A stretch of 64,000 nucleotides of DNA from Eledone cirrhosa (lineage: Eukaryota), in the NCBI GenBank assembly GCA_964016885.1, contig OZ024741.1, forward strand, positions 157,728,001 to 157,792,000, given 5' to 3'. Position numbers and translations under genes: made by a program. Under the pieces are notes generated by a model that did no database searches, had not been told where the DNA came from, and worked only from the letters and a program-made list of their open reading frames with translations. Below, in pieces: positions 23,885 through 38,094 of this stretch; the stretch's first letter is position 1; each line of letters starts with the position of its first letter.

Positions 23885-24093
23885 GACGCTTGCCGATATG
23901 AACAGCGATGGAAAGATGGACAAGAAGGAGTTTTCTATAGCCATGCATCTTATCAAGAAAAAACTCCAGGGCTATGAATTACCAAAAGCACTCCCTGCTA
24001 GTCTGAAAGCCGACCCTTCAGTAATGGTTAATTCCTATGGAATGGCTCAAAATATTAATCAACAAATGGCTATGCCAATGGGCATGACAAGTG
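23885..24093 (+). CDS. ITSN1: Intersectin exon, EH1 EF-hand ([33 protein letters not shown]...)
   Basis: ORF 23862-24146; ccctag acceptor, G|gtatgt donor; phases fit both neighbours. Confidence 0.95.
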
Positions 24094-25214
24094 GTATGTA
24101 TAATTTTGTCTCGGGGAAAATATTGTTTTTCATTATCAACCAATGACAAGCAACAAATGACATTTAGAAAACATCCCAACAATTTTGTCATTTTTTAAAG
24201 TCTTTTTATCTTTAAGACTTTTAATACTAAATTGCTCTTATCTTTTTATTTTTTGCTTTAACTTTAATTTCTGTACATGCATCCTTATTTAACTCTTGAT
24301 GTGAAATCTCCAGATCAAGCCATAACATAAATATATACTTCTATCATGAGTGGCAATAAGATAAGTGTCATACTTAACCATTTTTATACCAAACTTCCTG
24401 AAACTGTCCCTGGATCTATGATAAAAAAAAAGATTGTATATTTTAAAACGTATTTATCTAAAAGCCTCCCATCATAATTGCATGTAAGAACCTTTGCTAT
24501 CATCCAAATACCAACTAAATAATGAGAAAGTTTTATTACTAAATCCTTTCAAGTACTTGATTATTTAATGAGATTTTCGGGGAATTCTGACTGCTATTTC
24601 TAGCAGGTCGAGGAACTACCAATTTATGGCTTCCTCTCTTCACAACATTGTGGTTATAGTGCAAGGAAAGATGGGAGTGGTCAGGTGGTGGAGAACGGAA
24701 ATGGTAGCAAATTTGGGTTATGTTCCCATGGATGACTGCATGGAAATGTTTTTCATTAGAAATGTAAAGGAAGGGCTAAAGTGTATATATTTATTTACAA
24801 ATCTTCCAACATAATTTTATGTAAAAACATTTATGTTCCAAACACCAACATCATAGCGAGAAAGTTATGTTACTAAACCTGTTCAAATACTTGACTATTA
24901 GCTAAATTTTCAATCTGATTTTAAAACTTGCTGAAGCTAACTTTGCTTTTCTGGGCTGAATAAAATAAAGTATCAGTCAAGTACTGGTATTGATTTAAAT
25001 GACTAACCCCTTCTCACAAATTTGTGGCCTTCTGTTTACATTAGAAATTATATTCAACCCTTTCTTTACCATATTTCTAATGAAAGATACAAACTGTGAT
25101 TTGTAAATTATTTTGAAAATAATCAAGAAGTTTAGTAAAGAATTAAAGGTACAGGTAGGAAGGTAGAAGTTTATTAGGTCTCAGTCCTCAGCCCACTTCT
25201 TCAGACCCTAACAG

Positions 25215-26332
25215 AGGAGTTTAAAACTTGGGAACTTCTGTATGCTGACAACCTGGTTCTTACAGTGAAATTTGAGGAAGAGCTAGAAACGAAATTCTGA
25301 CTTTGGAAACAACTTAGTCAAAAGGGCTGAGAGTAAATGTGAGAAAATGAAAGTTTTAGTAAGTAGGGAAGGAGAATTCTGTTCCTTTCAGGAAAGTGGC
25401 CATGCTCGATAGGTAGAAAAGGAGTAGTGAGGAACTCTATACAATGTACACAATATAAATTTTGGGTACACAAGAGGTGTAATAGGCTAGCTGGCAAACT
25501 AACAGGAAAAGAAGACTTTGTATATAGTGGATGTACAGGGAGAGTTGGTAGTAAGAGCATCAGTGAAATAAACTATTTCTAATCCCAGGAAGCTTCTGCT
25601 TGCTGTCTAGGTGATCTAATTACCAGTGGAGGAAGGTGCTCAGAGAGCATAGTAGCTAGAATAAGAATGGGATAGAAAAAGTTCAGAAAAGTACTACCTC
25701 TGTTGACGACAAAAGGTTTCTCTTTACAAAAGTCCAGCTGTATGATGCCTGTGTAAAGTGAGGTGTTGTATGGCAAATAATTGTTTCTACTTTTGGCACA
25801 AGGCCAGCAATTATCCTAGTGTATGACTGGTACTTTATTTTATCGACCCCTTAAGGATGAAAGGCAAAGTTAACCTCGGCGGGTTTTGAACTCAGTCCGT
25901 AAAGGGACGTAACTGTGCTGCAAAGCATGGCGTCCGACCCTCTACCGATACTGGCAATCCACCGCCCTTGTATGGCAAATAATGCAGAGTATATATGAAG
26001 ATTAGAAAGAAATGAAACAAGAATGGTCCGATGGAAAGAAAAGCTAGATGTTAGAAGAATCAGATGTAGTGTGCAGGAAATGGTATGGCCACGTAGTGCC
26101 TATCGATGATGATCATTGGGTGAAGAAGTGCCAATAAATTGCAGTGGAAGGAAGCTGCAGTAAACGACCAAGAAAGACTAGGGCCAAGTTTCTAAGAACA
26201 AATCTCAAATTGCTGAAGTTCACGGAGGAAATGTCAAAAGACCACAACAAGTAGTAGGATGCTGTGCTGGAAAATATCCATCCAACTCATGCAAGCATGA
26301 AAAAAATGGATGTAAAATGATGGTGATGATGA
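25215..26332 (+). mobile_element. Old RTE fragment interrupted by a SINE
   Basis: WELLYADN, KWPCS.GRKGV motifs; (GAT)n tail. Confidence 0.75.
25782..25967 (-). mobile_element. Young SINE with 16-bp target-site duplication
   Basis: ttgtatggcaaataat at 25766-25781 and 25968-25983. Confidence 0.9.
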
Positions 26333-27037
26333 TAATAGTTTTTTATCATTGAACCAGGGGTGGTTTTACAGGATTTGGTATTAAATGAGTTAAAACCTAA
26401 TGCAGATTACTTCAAAAAATTTGAGTTTAATTTTCTCACATCAGTGTCATTGTTCCCTCCAAGCTGTGCATGTGCACAGGTGCCAAGTTGCTTTATTGGT
26501 GTTATATACATCAAAATTATGCCACTCAGTTGCCTTGAAACGTTGCCATAAATTGACCCTTTAAAGTTTGTAAATTTTGATGAATTCATTTGTCTGCCCA
26601 AGGACATAAAAATACTGGCATTTCCAGTAGATCCCTTTGTTGGAGAGAAAATACATTCTCTTTTAGCACCTATGGTAGCAACAACAAGTGTTTAAAGGCC
26701 ATTTTTCTTGATAAAGCAGGGATTAGCCTTTCAGATCCCATGAAAAGCTTCATACTCATGGGTTTTTTTTTTTCCAGGTAATGTTTTACAGCCAGATGTC
26801 CTCCCTGGTGCCAACTCTTTTAGTCACCTCTTACATCATGCAACAATACAGTGTACCTATTATAAACTGAATACACACATAGATAATTAAAAATAAAGCT
26901 AATAAACTAGGAATTAAAAGTAATTTGAGTCTATTGGTCCAGGAATAGAAATAAATCAACACGGTATTGCTTCACCCATATCTTCCATGGGACTGGCTCA
27001 ACTGTAGTGTATTTATTTTATAAACATTTCTCTACAG

Positions 27038-27136
27038 GTATGGGTGTTGCACCACCCATGTCTTCCATGGTGCTGACTCCACTGTCCATGAACCCTGCCA
27101 CAATGACCACCCAGGTTTTCGCTAACGGGGTTATGA
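27038..27136 (+). CDS. ITSN1: Intersectin linker exon (MGVAPPMSSMVLTPLSMNPATMTTQVFANGVM)
   Basis: tctacag acceptor, A|gtgagt donor; 99 nt, phase 1-1; Pro/Met-rich with ANG motif as in the ITSN linker. Confidence 0.8.
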
Positions 27137-28359
27137 GTGAGTTTTTTTGTTTCAAAAGCTAAATGTTGCTAAAACATCGCAAGCTGGGAAGTTGGCAAAT
27201 ATCCCCACCACAATTTATTATTATTATTTGGAAATTTGTTTGCTTTTTGAAAAGATGCCACAACACAGGTTAGCTATAAAATAGTTGACTAAGTCGAGTA
27301 AATTACCCCTGGACAGAACTGCTTGAGGGAATTGAACCACACATCTGTTGTATACTGGATGACTATGATAACCATTACACCAAAGCAATCTGGCCATCTT
27401 CCAACATCAAGGGTTATTTACCCAACTTATTTGATGATTTTATATTTCATATGCATTATGGCAGCTTTTCAAAAGCAAACAAATTTTCAGTCACCCAATA
27501 GCTTTGTAAACAAATCAATGTTGTTTTTCCTTAAAGAGAACCTATGAAGTAGGATTTACTTCCTCTTGTTGAAGTGCTTATTTTGCTATGCACCCATTCC
27601 TGCACTCTCTCTTTCTTTCTTTCTCTCTCTCTGTAGTTTTATGCTATGACTGGTAGACTCATGGCTGGGATATGTGGATATGGGATCTTCATTCATTTCA
27701 TCCTTCCTAATGTGTGATCTGTTGGTTAGGGTGTTAAACCCATAATCAAAAGGTTGTGGATTGGAATTCTGGCCCAAGTGTTGCATGGTCTTCTTGAATA
27801 ATACGCTTAATTTCTTGGATGTTTTAATGATAGGCATCCCAATCATTAAAGTACCCAAGAAACCTACAATGAGATACAACCTTATTGGAGGCTAAACTCG
27901 CATAGGTGTGAGCTGTAAATTTCATATTTTTTTCTTCCTATCTATTTTTAAACATCTTTTCAATGGACATAGCTGAGATAGTTTTTGCTGTTTCACATTA
28001 CAATGTTATTGCTTATCACCCCTTACCTCGCTGATAAATGGCTCCTTACAAAAATACTTCACTCATCTTCTGACCATTATGGATTTCAAGGATTTTAGTA
28101 ATTTTGCCATGTATTGTATTTAAACCTGACATATATACACGCGCACACACACATATATTTCCATTTCTTCTTTTTTTTACCTTTTATTTTTTCTATCTTG
28201 CATTTTATCTTCCAATGAAGGACTAATGTCTGAAACATTAGGACCCTTTTCTTACTATGACGAGCATTAAACTAATATATATCATCATTGTATTATTTTG
28301 TTCTGTGTTTTACCAGGATTATATCGATCTATTTCTATATATATCCACATATACATATA

Positions 28360-28960
28360 TAGGAGGGTAAGTCAAAAAGTTTCCGGACTATCTCTTTATT
28401 TAAAAAAGGACTTTATTTACATAAATTTAAGCACTATCCCCTTGTGCAGCAATGTATTGATCCCAGCGTTTCTGCCACTCCTGGAATGTGGCCTTGAAGT
28501 CATCTTTTGTAAGCTTGTCAAGTACCTTCTGCAATTCATGCTGGATCTCAGCAATGATATTAAAATGGCAACCTTTGAGCTTGATTTTTATCTTTGGGAT
28601 CAGGAAGAAGTTCGCCGGAGCTAAATCTGGAAAGTAGGGCGAGTGTGGAAGTGATGACATATTGTGCTTGGCGAGACACTCACGGACGATAAGTGCTCGG
28701 TGACAAGGTGCATTGTCATTGTGGAGAATCTTCTAGGGACGGTCTTCTGCTTTGGAAGCACCCATGCCATTCGAAACATTGTGACTGACCCATTGCCTCA
28801 TGGCGGTAAGCTTACTGAAGCATGTTCAATGTCTCTGTGGCTGATTTTTAAACTTCAAAACAAAATTTCACATTGGTACTTTGTTCCAACTTGATGTAAT
28901 TGCACACTTGCACATGAACATGATCAGAAAAAAAAACAATTTAACAACTCACAATGTAAA
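28360..28960 (-). mobile_element. Mariner transposase remnant
   Basis: PHSPYFPDLAP (YSPDLAP motif) and FQEWQKRWDQ.IAAQG; TIR-like end at 28360; far boundary uncertain. Confidence 0.8.
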
Positions 28961-31189
28961 CACAATGATGTCACCTGATACACTGACCCATGACAGTTAC
29001 AGCTAACTATTACTGCTCGTGCAACCCTGTGCTGCAATCTGTTGGCACACTACAGATGACTCGGTCAGTGAACAATTTCTTGGAAAATAAGAACTGCAAC
29101 TTTGCATAATTATTTTATTTGAAGCACATTTATATTTAGTGGGTGTGGTGTGTTCGTGCTTTTGTTCCATAACACGGTAGTTCAGCAAATAGCAATTGAT
29201 AATAGATTGAAATAAGTGCTGGCATGACCACAAACCAGTTGACTTACTGAAACTAAATCAGTGAAAGATCTGACTGATTTTTATTTGTTTTTGTTGATTG
29301 CATGTGTACAGAACTAAAATATCACTGAACTTCACCCTATGAATAGCATGCAATAAGTATCCTCATGTTACTTCCATATGCTAGGCCTCAATCTCACTAA
29401 GGTTTCTCAAGGCAAATGCACAGCCTAAACATAGCTAGAACTGCATCTAACAGATTGAACCTTCTCTTCAGAGTGAGAAAATACTTCAGCCACCAATAAC
29501 TTCTGACACTATACAATGTTTAGGTAAAACCCACAATGGAATAATTCTTCTGCAGTTGGGATAGTCCTACTGTCACATATACATACATCCTAGACAATAT
29601 CTAGAAAAAAAGCACTCATCTGATTGGCATAAAATCATTGACAGACATGTTTTGGTCTCTAATTTCTACTATTAGTGCAATGATAAAGTGTAGTAGGAAG
29701 ACAGGTAAAATATGCAGGGTCTGAAGTGAAGCAGTAGGGAGGAACAAAAAACTGTTACATAAAAATGAGAGAGGGGAAGAGAAATAGGACATACACATAA
29801 ACAAATATATATTAGATATATCATAATAAAACACAAGTATCAAGTGGCAACCACTTTGTGCTAGATTTGTCTGGGAAATGGTAATTTATCTTTCTCTCTA
29901 TCTCTCTTGCTCACACAGTGTTGACAAGATGCTATCTATAGCTATCTACCTATGTATCTAACTCCGGACAATATATATATATATATATATTGTATGCAGT
30001 ATAAAGACCAAGCTGAAATTGCTGGGCTTGTTGTCGGGATTTTATCTTTTCAGTATATATATATTTATATGCAAACACACACACATATGTATATGAGTGT
30101 ATATGTATTCCTATTTAAGGCTGTTGCCAGAATTTAAAGAAAAAGAGCAGACCTTTATATTTTCATTGAAACCTATATTGTTCCTTCATTTTAGTGAAAT
30201 GCTACAAAACCTTTTGAAGACTGAACAATATATTTAGTGATACTGTTTTGATGCTGTTACAATGTTGAGACTCTCATACTTCACCTGGATTGCAAGTGGT
30301 CATTAATGTTTACGTAATGATCATCATCATTGTTTTATGTTCATTTTCAACCCTGGTATGGGTTGGATGGGGTAATCACAGTCCAAGACTAAACAAATCT
30401 GCGAACCACATAGTGCTCAATGTGTTCCAAATTTTGGCATAGTTTATATGACTAGATACCCTTTCTAATGCCAACTACTTTGCAAAATTATTGTGGCACC
30501 AACTCTACCACTTTGCAGAGTGTACTGGCTTGGGTTAACTTGAGGCTATGGTAAATGACACTTTCCCAAAATGGGAATTGAACCCAGGACCTATTACTTG
30601 CAAAGTGAATCACTTTACCATTCGGCAATGCTGCGTCCATTGTGAAATATAAGGTAAAAGTGTAAACTGTTGTTTTGGTTTGTTTGTCTTATTTTACTCT
30701 TGCATTTCTGTCATTGTGCCATCTTTCCCAAAGCAATCCTCACCACATATCTAACAATGCTTCATAGAAACTGTACAGCTTTATACTCAACAAAGTTCTG
30801 TAGGAGTTATTGTTCCATTTTGTTCCTCCTCCTGTCAATGGGAGGAAACTGTTGTTCCCGTCAACCACCACATCATAATGGGATTCTTGCTTTTGTTGCT
30901 GTTGTCCTTCTTTTTTTCACTTCTTTGTCTTCTTCTTCTGTCTTCTCTCTTCTTCATATCTTGTCTTCTTCATGTCTTCTTCTCTTTCCTCATGTCTTTT
31001 TCTTCTGCCTACTTCATGTCTTCTGTCTTCTTCGTCTTCTGACTTTTGTCTTTTCCAATAAGACGTTTGTTAGACTTCTAAACATGATAGATATTGTAAT
31101 AATACTTTATACTGTATATTGTTGGTGATGCACTGTTTACTAGCCACCTACCTTCCTTCTATTGAAAAATTATAAGGGCTTAATAGTTA

Positions 31190-31470
31190 GGATGAAGAAC
31201 TCAGAGATGTACAGGAGCTTCCCAAAGGTCAGCACGGAAGTAACACAGAAGAGACTGGGGTTAACTGAACATGCTCACCGACATTCAGAGTTGACACTGC
31301 ATGCAGTCGTCCTGTGGGAGTGCCTACATGGACAAACTAGAAGAGGGAGACCAAGGTTGACATATATTGATGCCCTAAGGACAGACACTGGTCTCTGGGA
31401 GATGCAGGACATGGCGGCGATGATGGACAGAGACCGCTGGAGATAACTCGTCCATGGATCTTGGGAATTT
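31190..31470 (+). mobile_element. RTE-type 3' fragment of a different family
   Basis: VLW...HG..RRGRP.LTYID.L..DTG...DRDRWR. Confidence 0.65.
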
Positions 31471-31789
31471 TACCCACCCTACATATAGATAGCATCTTTG
31501 TTACATGATTATAAGGTCATGAATTCAGGTCTCCATGGCATTGTCCTTGAGCAACACATTATTTCATGTTGCTCTAGCCCACTTAGCTGGAAAAAATGAG
31601 TTATACTTCTATATATATATATACATATGTATCTCTCTCTCTCTCTCTACACACACACACGTGTACAAACATGCATACAAACACACACACATACACACGC
31701 ACACATGAGTCTGCACTGGAGCTTACTACAGGTGTGGCAGAAGGCTACCCTCCTCTGAGAGCAGGAATGGTGAGCCAAGTAAGTCTGGT

Positions 31790-33200
31790 GTGCTGACCTT
31801 TGGTGGACCAGTCATGCAGAGAAAATTCAGACATGTGCAGACATTGAGAACTATGGCTTGTTCTATCAAGCCCTGAAAGCAGCCTATAGTTCATCGTACC
31901 TGCTGCTGTGCCCTTTCCGAAGCTCAGATGGAAGGGTCCTGCTAAGTGACAAGGACTCCATCCTGGTCCGCTGGGCTAAACATGTTCATAGTCTCTTTGG
32001 CACCAACCATATGGTCCATGACGCAGAAATTGAAGCCATTTCACAGCTACTTGTGAAAAATGAGCTAGAGAAACTCACAACATGTTAGGAAACCATACAA
32101 GCCATTAAGTTCCTGAAGACCGACAAAGCTGAGCTGCCCACCAAAGCCCCTCCCCATGATCACCCAGCTCTATGACAGGCAGTTTGGCCAAGTCAGACTT
32201 CGGAATAACTTGTCCCAGCCCCTCCAAATCAACAACAGCATGAAGCAAGGTTGTGTCCTTGCCCCAACTCTGTTCTCTTTATTTTTCAGCATGATGCTGA
32301 AACGAGCCACGAAAGACACAAAAGAGGAAGAGGGGGGTCTGCATCAGATTTTGTACCGATTGACGTCTCTTCAACCTGTTGAAGTTGCAAACATACACCA
32401 AGACCACGGAAAAACTGATCTGAGAGCTTAGGTTTGCTGACGTTGCTGCACTTGTGCACACTCAATGGCCATGCAGCGCCACATTTCATGCTTTGCAAAT
32501 GCTTCTGACTTATTTGGCCTAGAAGTCAGCTTGAAGACTGAAGTCCTTCACCAGCCTGCTCCCCGGGATTTATACAATCTACCAAATATTTCCATCAAAC
32601 AAACCAAGCTGAATGCTGTACAGCAGTCCTGCTATCATGGGAGTGTGATTTCCACCAATACCAGAATCGACAAGGAATTCAACAACAAGCCAAAGCCAGT
32701 CGTACCTTTGGGAGATTTAACAAGAGGGTGTAGAGAAATAACAACCTCAAAACAAAGCTCACCATTTACAGGATTGTTGTCCTTACCACTCCCTTATATG
32801 GTTCTGAATCATGGGTCTTGTATTGCTGTCACAGTTGACACCTGGAGAGATTCCACCAACACTGTCTGCTTATTAAACATCCACTGGAGTGACTATCATC
32901 AACACAGAGGTCCTTGAGAAAGACCAGACCACCAGTATTGAGGCTACTCTTATGAAGACAGCTGTACTGGCAGACTATCACCTGCGAAGGATTGTACTAT
33001 ACAGTGAATTGTCTTCTGGTTGTTTTAACAGTGGCGCACCCCAGAAATGGTACAAAGAAATCCTAAAAAAAGACCCCGAAAATATGTAACATCGACCCCT
33101 ACTAGTGGACCATCCTGTTTGCTGACTAAAATGCTTGGCACTGTACCATCTGGCAGGCTACCAGTACATTTGAAGCAAACTGTTGTGTTAGCTCAGTGGA
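31790..33200 (+). pseudogene. Degenerate BovB-like RTE
   Basis: SDG..LLSDKDSIL.RW, KQGCVLAPTLFSLFFS, FGLEVSLKTEVLHQPAP, ELSSG..GAPQKWYK. Confidence 0.75.
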
Positions 33201-34414
33201 AGGGCTGTGTCAGAGCAGAGCCAAGTATAAAACACACTTCCCCGTGGATGCTGTGGTTGGATCTGCTGATCAGTCTCCAATATGTATGCATAGCAAAAGT
33301 GTCTCAACCATCAGGTAGTTTCATATCAGTCATTGCTATCATCATATATATGTAAGACCCTTTTCCAACTATACCAAGTGTTAAACCTATATACTATCAT
33401 TAATGTGGTTCTCCTGTGTTATTTTTCTTATATATGTAGAGAGTGTGTTGATTTAGTTGTATAGATTAGTTGTGGTGATAGTATGGGATTGATCTGTAGT
33501 TTATTGTGGCATGGCAGGAATTTTTGTAATAGTAAAGCTTGGCTTGATGAGTGAATGTGTGAAGTTGGTCTGTCCCAAAGAAAGCACTGTGTGAAATTCC
33601 GTAGTGAATGAACAATAAACAAGATCTGCTACTTTAATAATTTATTACTTATTAACTTGCTTCGAAGTTATTGTGACAATATAGGAAAACAAAGATATTC
33701 ACAGTTGAATTGTGTGATGTGTAGGAGTCCTAAAAGATGCATGGGACTAATCTTTGTTAAAGTCAAATGGGAGTATAGCTGCCTCGGCCTGGAAGCCAAG
33801 AGGGCCAAAGTGAGTGTCTGATTGGCAACTACATTAATCTGCTTACTGGAACAAAAAGATCAACTGCCTAACTCTACAGCCAAAGGCAGACTAATTTTTG
33901 GAAGCCAGTTATCTCCTGACAATCTGCAGATGACTTCCAGTTGGCCATACCTCCAGACAAACTGACACCACTAGTTCCAAACAAAGGAACTGAATATCTA
34001 AGGGGCTAAAAGGTGAGCATGTGTTTACACTGACCTGCTTAGCCAACCTGAGAACAAAAGTTCAAATCAAATCGATTGCATTCGCTACATATATGCACCT
34101 TTATGTATGTACATGTGTGTGATATCACCATTTTATGTCTATCGTTCCATGCTTGCACACACAAACACACACACACATTTATTCTACTGTTTCATACAAA
34201 ATATTTCCATCAACTAACTATTTTTTATTTTTCAGTGTTTTGTTTACTGACATCTGTTATCCGTTGAGAATTCAATTAAAGTTATAAGTAGTTATAGAAA
34301 TAGTAAATAAATGCAAACATGAAACACTCACGTATACATTATTATAATATTAGATACATTTCTATTCAATCTTATTCTTTAAGATTGTAAATGTATTCAT
34401 ATGTAACCGTTTAA

Positions 34415-34617
34415 CCCTTTAGCCTTTATATTACTCTACATTTACTATTGTATTTTCACAGTAAAGTCTTTACCTCACATAATTATTTCACATATCGAAT
34501 CTGAGATTTTGATATTGATTTTGAGAAGAATACCTTAACATCAGTATGAGTGGCCAGTTTGAACAGAAAGTGGTGAGAGAATTCTGGCCAAATATGACGA
34601 GTTTAAAAGCTAAAGGG
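34415..34617. mobile_element. piggyBac-like MITE
   Basis: TTAA-CCCTTTAGC ... GCTAAAGGG-TTAA. Confidence 0.75.
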
Positions 34618-35295
34618 TTAAATATATAAATTTACACTTTACCTTTACCTTTTCTCTCTCCATACAACACAATTAATAAACAAATCAATACAGTTTTTAG
34701 TGTAATTTAAGTGCCTCAGTTTTAACAGCTCAATATTAATTTTTTTCCAGTTATCATAATGTTCTTATGATGGTCAGATGTTTTTTCACCAAGAGATCTA
34801 CAATTTTTGTACTTTTCAATGTCTCTGAAGATATATGAGTGTGAAATAATATGTTAAAGTAATCGATTGTATGCTCAGATCTTAGTTTATGGTTTTATAC
34901 CTATATACTACAATGCAGCTTAAACAAAATTCTTCCAGTGACCATTTTTCCTTTTGTTGAAACACATGTAAGGCCAATAAAATGTCTTAAATTCCTTCAT
35001 CATTCTTTGTTTATGTGTGTGTATGTATACATGTATATGTGTGTCTGTCTTTTCCAAGTTTACTGTGTCTTTTATATGTCCGATGTCTTTTTAATTATAT
35101 ATATATATTCATTTCAAGCCTGTTTCTCAGTGCTGGCAGGAAAGATGGGTTTGCAATACAATATGTTCTTCCAGATGACTGAATCCTGCTTTATTTATGT
35201 GTTCACACATGTTTGTAGGGGTACATGTAGCGATGTATATATGTACTTGTACATGTGAGTATGTATGGGTACTTATATGTAAGTCTGTGTGTGCA

Positions 35296-35356
<61 letters not shown>

Positions 35357-35420
35357 GTATATATATAGGGGGGGTGTATATGTGTATTTGAAGGTTTATA
35401 TATGTTTCTGTGTTTATATT

Positions 35421-35463
<43 letters not shown>

Positions 35464-36306
35464 ATACATACATACATACATTCACACAGCTAGATAGATA
35501 TCTAGACAGGTCTGTGTATGTATGTATGTATGTATATATATATATATATATATATATAATACACACACAGCTAGATACATACACACAGCTAGATAGCTAG
35601 GTAGGTATGTGTGTGTGTATGAATTATCAATTTTACTCTTAGCTTCTGAATACCTGTTTTCATAGATTGCTGTTAGTAATCATGTGTTCCATATTGTGAA
35701 GTCCTTCCCTCCCACTCTACACACTAATCAATATACCCACTCAACCATACATAGTTGCTTATATACTGAAGCCATTCAATCAACAAGTCTGCACTTAGTT
35801 CAAGCTTATGTAACAGTATTCATTGGTTGTATTAGCTATGCTTAACATAAAACGCTGTTAGTTTAGGATTGTTTTGCAGGGAAAGCTGCTACAATGCAAG
35901 TTAAAAAACATATATGAATGAAAACTAGAATAGAATAAGAAAAATGAAATGGGACAAAGCAACAGTTTATACTTTTAGCTATATTTTATACTCCATGGTT
36001 AGGCACCCCTTTCATCATCATCATCATCATCTCTCAAAAGAAAAGAAATGGAGTGTGATTTTGGTGACAAGTAGCTCTACTCAACTTTAAGTTTTCACTC
36101 TTGTATTTCTAACTTGCATTGCACCAGCTTTCTCTAAACAATCAGAATCATGTATCACAAAATGCTTCGTATAAGCTATACTATTATTTTAGTCTTCTCA
36201 TTGTTATTACTATTGTTATTATTAATGTATTGTGTAAATATAATTACTGGAACTTATACTACTATTATTAGTAGTAGTATTTTATTATTAATATTATTAT
36301 TATTGT

Positions 36307-36525
36307 GGGTGGTGGATTAGCAGTATCGGTAGAAGGTCGGACGCCATGCTTTGCAGCATAGAGTTACGGCCCTTTATAATCTGAGTTCAAATCCCGCCAA
36401 GGTTAACTTTGCCTTTCATCCTTATGGGGTTGATAAAATAAAGTACCAGTCACACATTGGGGTCGATTTAATCGACATTTCCCTCCCCCAAAATTGCTAG
36501 CCTTGTGCCTAAATAAGAAACCATT
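36307..36525 (+). mobile_element. SINE (same family as 25782-25967)
   Basis: gggtggtggattagcagtatcggtaga head, gttcaaatccc B-box. Confidence 0.8.
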
Positions 36526-37464
36526 ATTATAGGTTGTGTGGGTTAGCACTCATTAGCGCATTTAACAAAATGCTCTGCATCCTTTGTTCTGGATCATCAT
36601 CACCATTTAATGTCTATTTTTCCACTCTAGCATTGGTTTCTTTGTTCAAATCCTATCTAGGCCAATTTAGCCTTTCATTTTTCTGGGGTCGATAAAATAA
36701 TGTATCACTCAAGCACTGAGGTAGCTTTATCAAATAAATTGCTGGCCTTGTGCCTAAATTAGAAACCATTATTGTTTTATTAAAATAATTGACTACTTTT
36801 CAATTGTAATGAATGGCTCATTTCTTTCAATGTTCTAAGATTGGTACTAATTAATCTTAAAGTAAATCTTAAAGTATGTTCATAATAGTGCTTACATATA
36901 TCATCACTTTACATCGACTTTCCATGCTGGGTTGAATAATCTTGTCTTGCTCATACACTCCATATTTAGTATGGTTTCTGTAGTTGCATACCTTACTTAA
37001 CATCAACCATTTTGCAGGTGGTACTGTATCTCATTGTGGCACTATCATGACCACTTTATAGAGAAATACTTTGTAGTATTTGTTCTGTGTCTTTACTCTG
37101 AGGTCAAATGCCACAGAGATCAACTTATCCTTTTATCCTTCCATGACCATTAAATTAAAATACGAAGCAAGTACTGAGGTCAATATAATTAACTTACTCT
37201 TCCCCAAAAAAATTGCTGGCCTTGTGCAAAATTTTAAAAATATTATTGCATATTTCTGATGCGAAAATCTATTGTTGCTGTATTTACTGCATTACTTGCA
37301 ACAGCTGCAGATGACAATGTGCATTGAATAGATGTTGGTAGAGTTTTTTAAAATTAGTTTTCATTTGTGTAGTAATTAGTTCGCAGTTTGGTTTGATGAA
37401 AATAATTTTTAAGCTGATGAATCTAAATTGAAAACCTGACATTAGGATGGCTGTTATTCATATA

Positions 37465-37651
37465 ATTGTTTCTACTTTTGGCACAAGGCCAGCAATTATC
37501 CCAGTGCATTACTGGCACTTTATTTTATCCACCCCCATAAGGATGAAAGGCAAAGTTAACCTCGGCGGGGTTTGAACTCAGAACGGCAAGGGCCGTAACT
37601 CTATGCTGCAAAGTATGGTGTCCGACCCTCTACCGATACTGCCAATCCACC
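37465..37651 (-). mobile_element. SINE (same family as 25782-25967)
   Basis: Near-identical to 25782-25967. Confidence 0.8.
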
Positions 37652-38051
37652 GATGGATTCTGTTTATTAGGGAAGTTGGTTGAACATTGGATAAAATGAC
37701 AGTTGGTATTTTGTTGCACCCTTCTTGGTTTTGAGTTCAAATATTTCCATAAGTGATTTTTGTCTTTCATCATTCCTATCATGTGTCCACACACAATATA
37801 TAAATTGACAGTTCTGGTTTCTATAGTAACTATACCCTGTAAAGTGGTTGGTGATCGAAAGGAGACAATATTGAGTAGAGAGGACCCTTCAGTCATATCA
37901 GTAGTGCTGGTGCCACAATAAAATGTAAAGTGGTAGTGCTTGTGCTATGATAAAATGTACATAGTACATTCTGTAAGATAGTTGGTGTTAGGAATATATA
38001 TATATATATAAAGTGTATATACGTGTGTATGTATGTATGTATATGTGTGTG

Positions 38052-38094
<43 letters not shown>

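Noticed and set aside
28210-28245. Penelope-type hammerhead (caatgaaggactaatgtctgaaac)
   Set aside because: The core is degenerate (no CTGANGA); at most a dead remnant
30670-31128. 152-aa hydrophobic ORF
   Set aside because: Derived from a low-complexity TC-rich tract; no splice or homology support
34938-35481. Cluster of ORFs on both strands (also 37893-38202, 40631-40991, 63089-63319)
   Set aside because: Translations of (TG)n/(TA)n or minisatellite repeats
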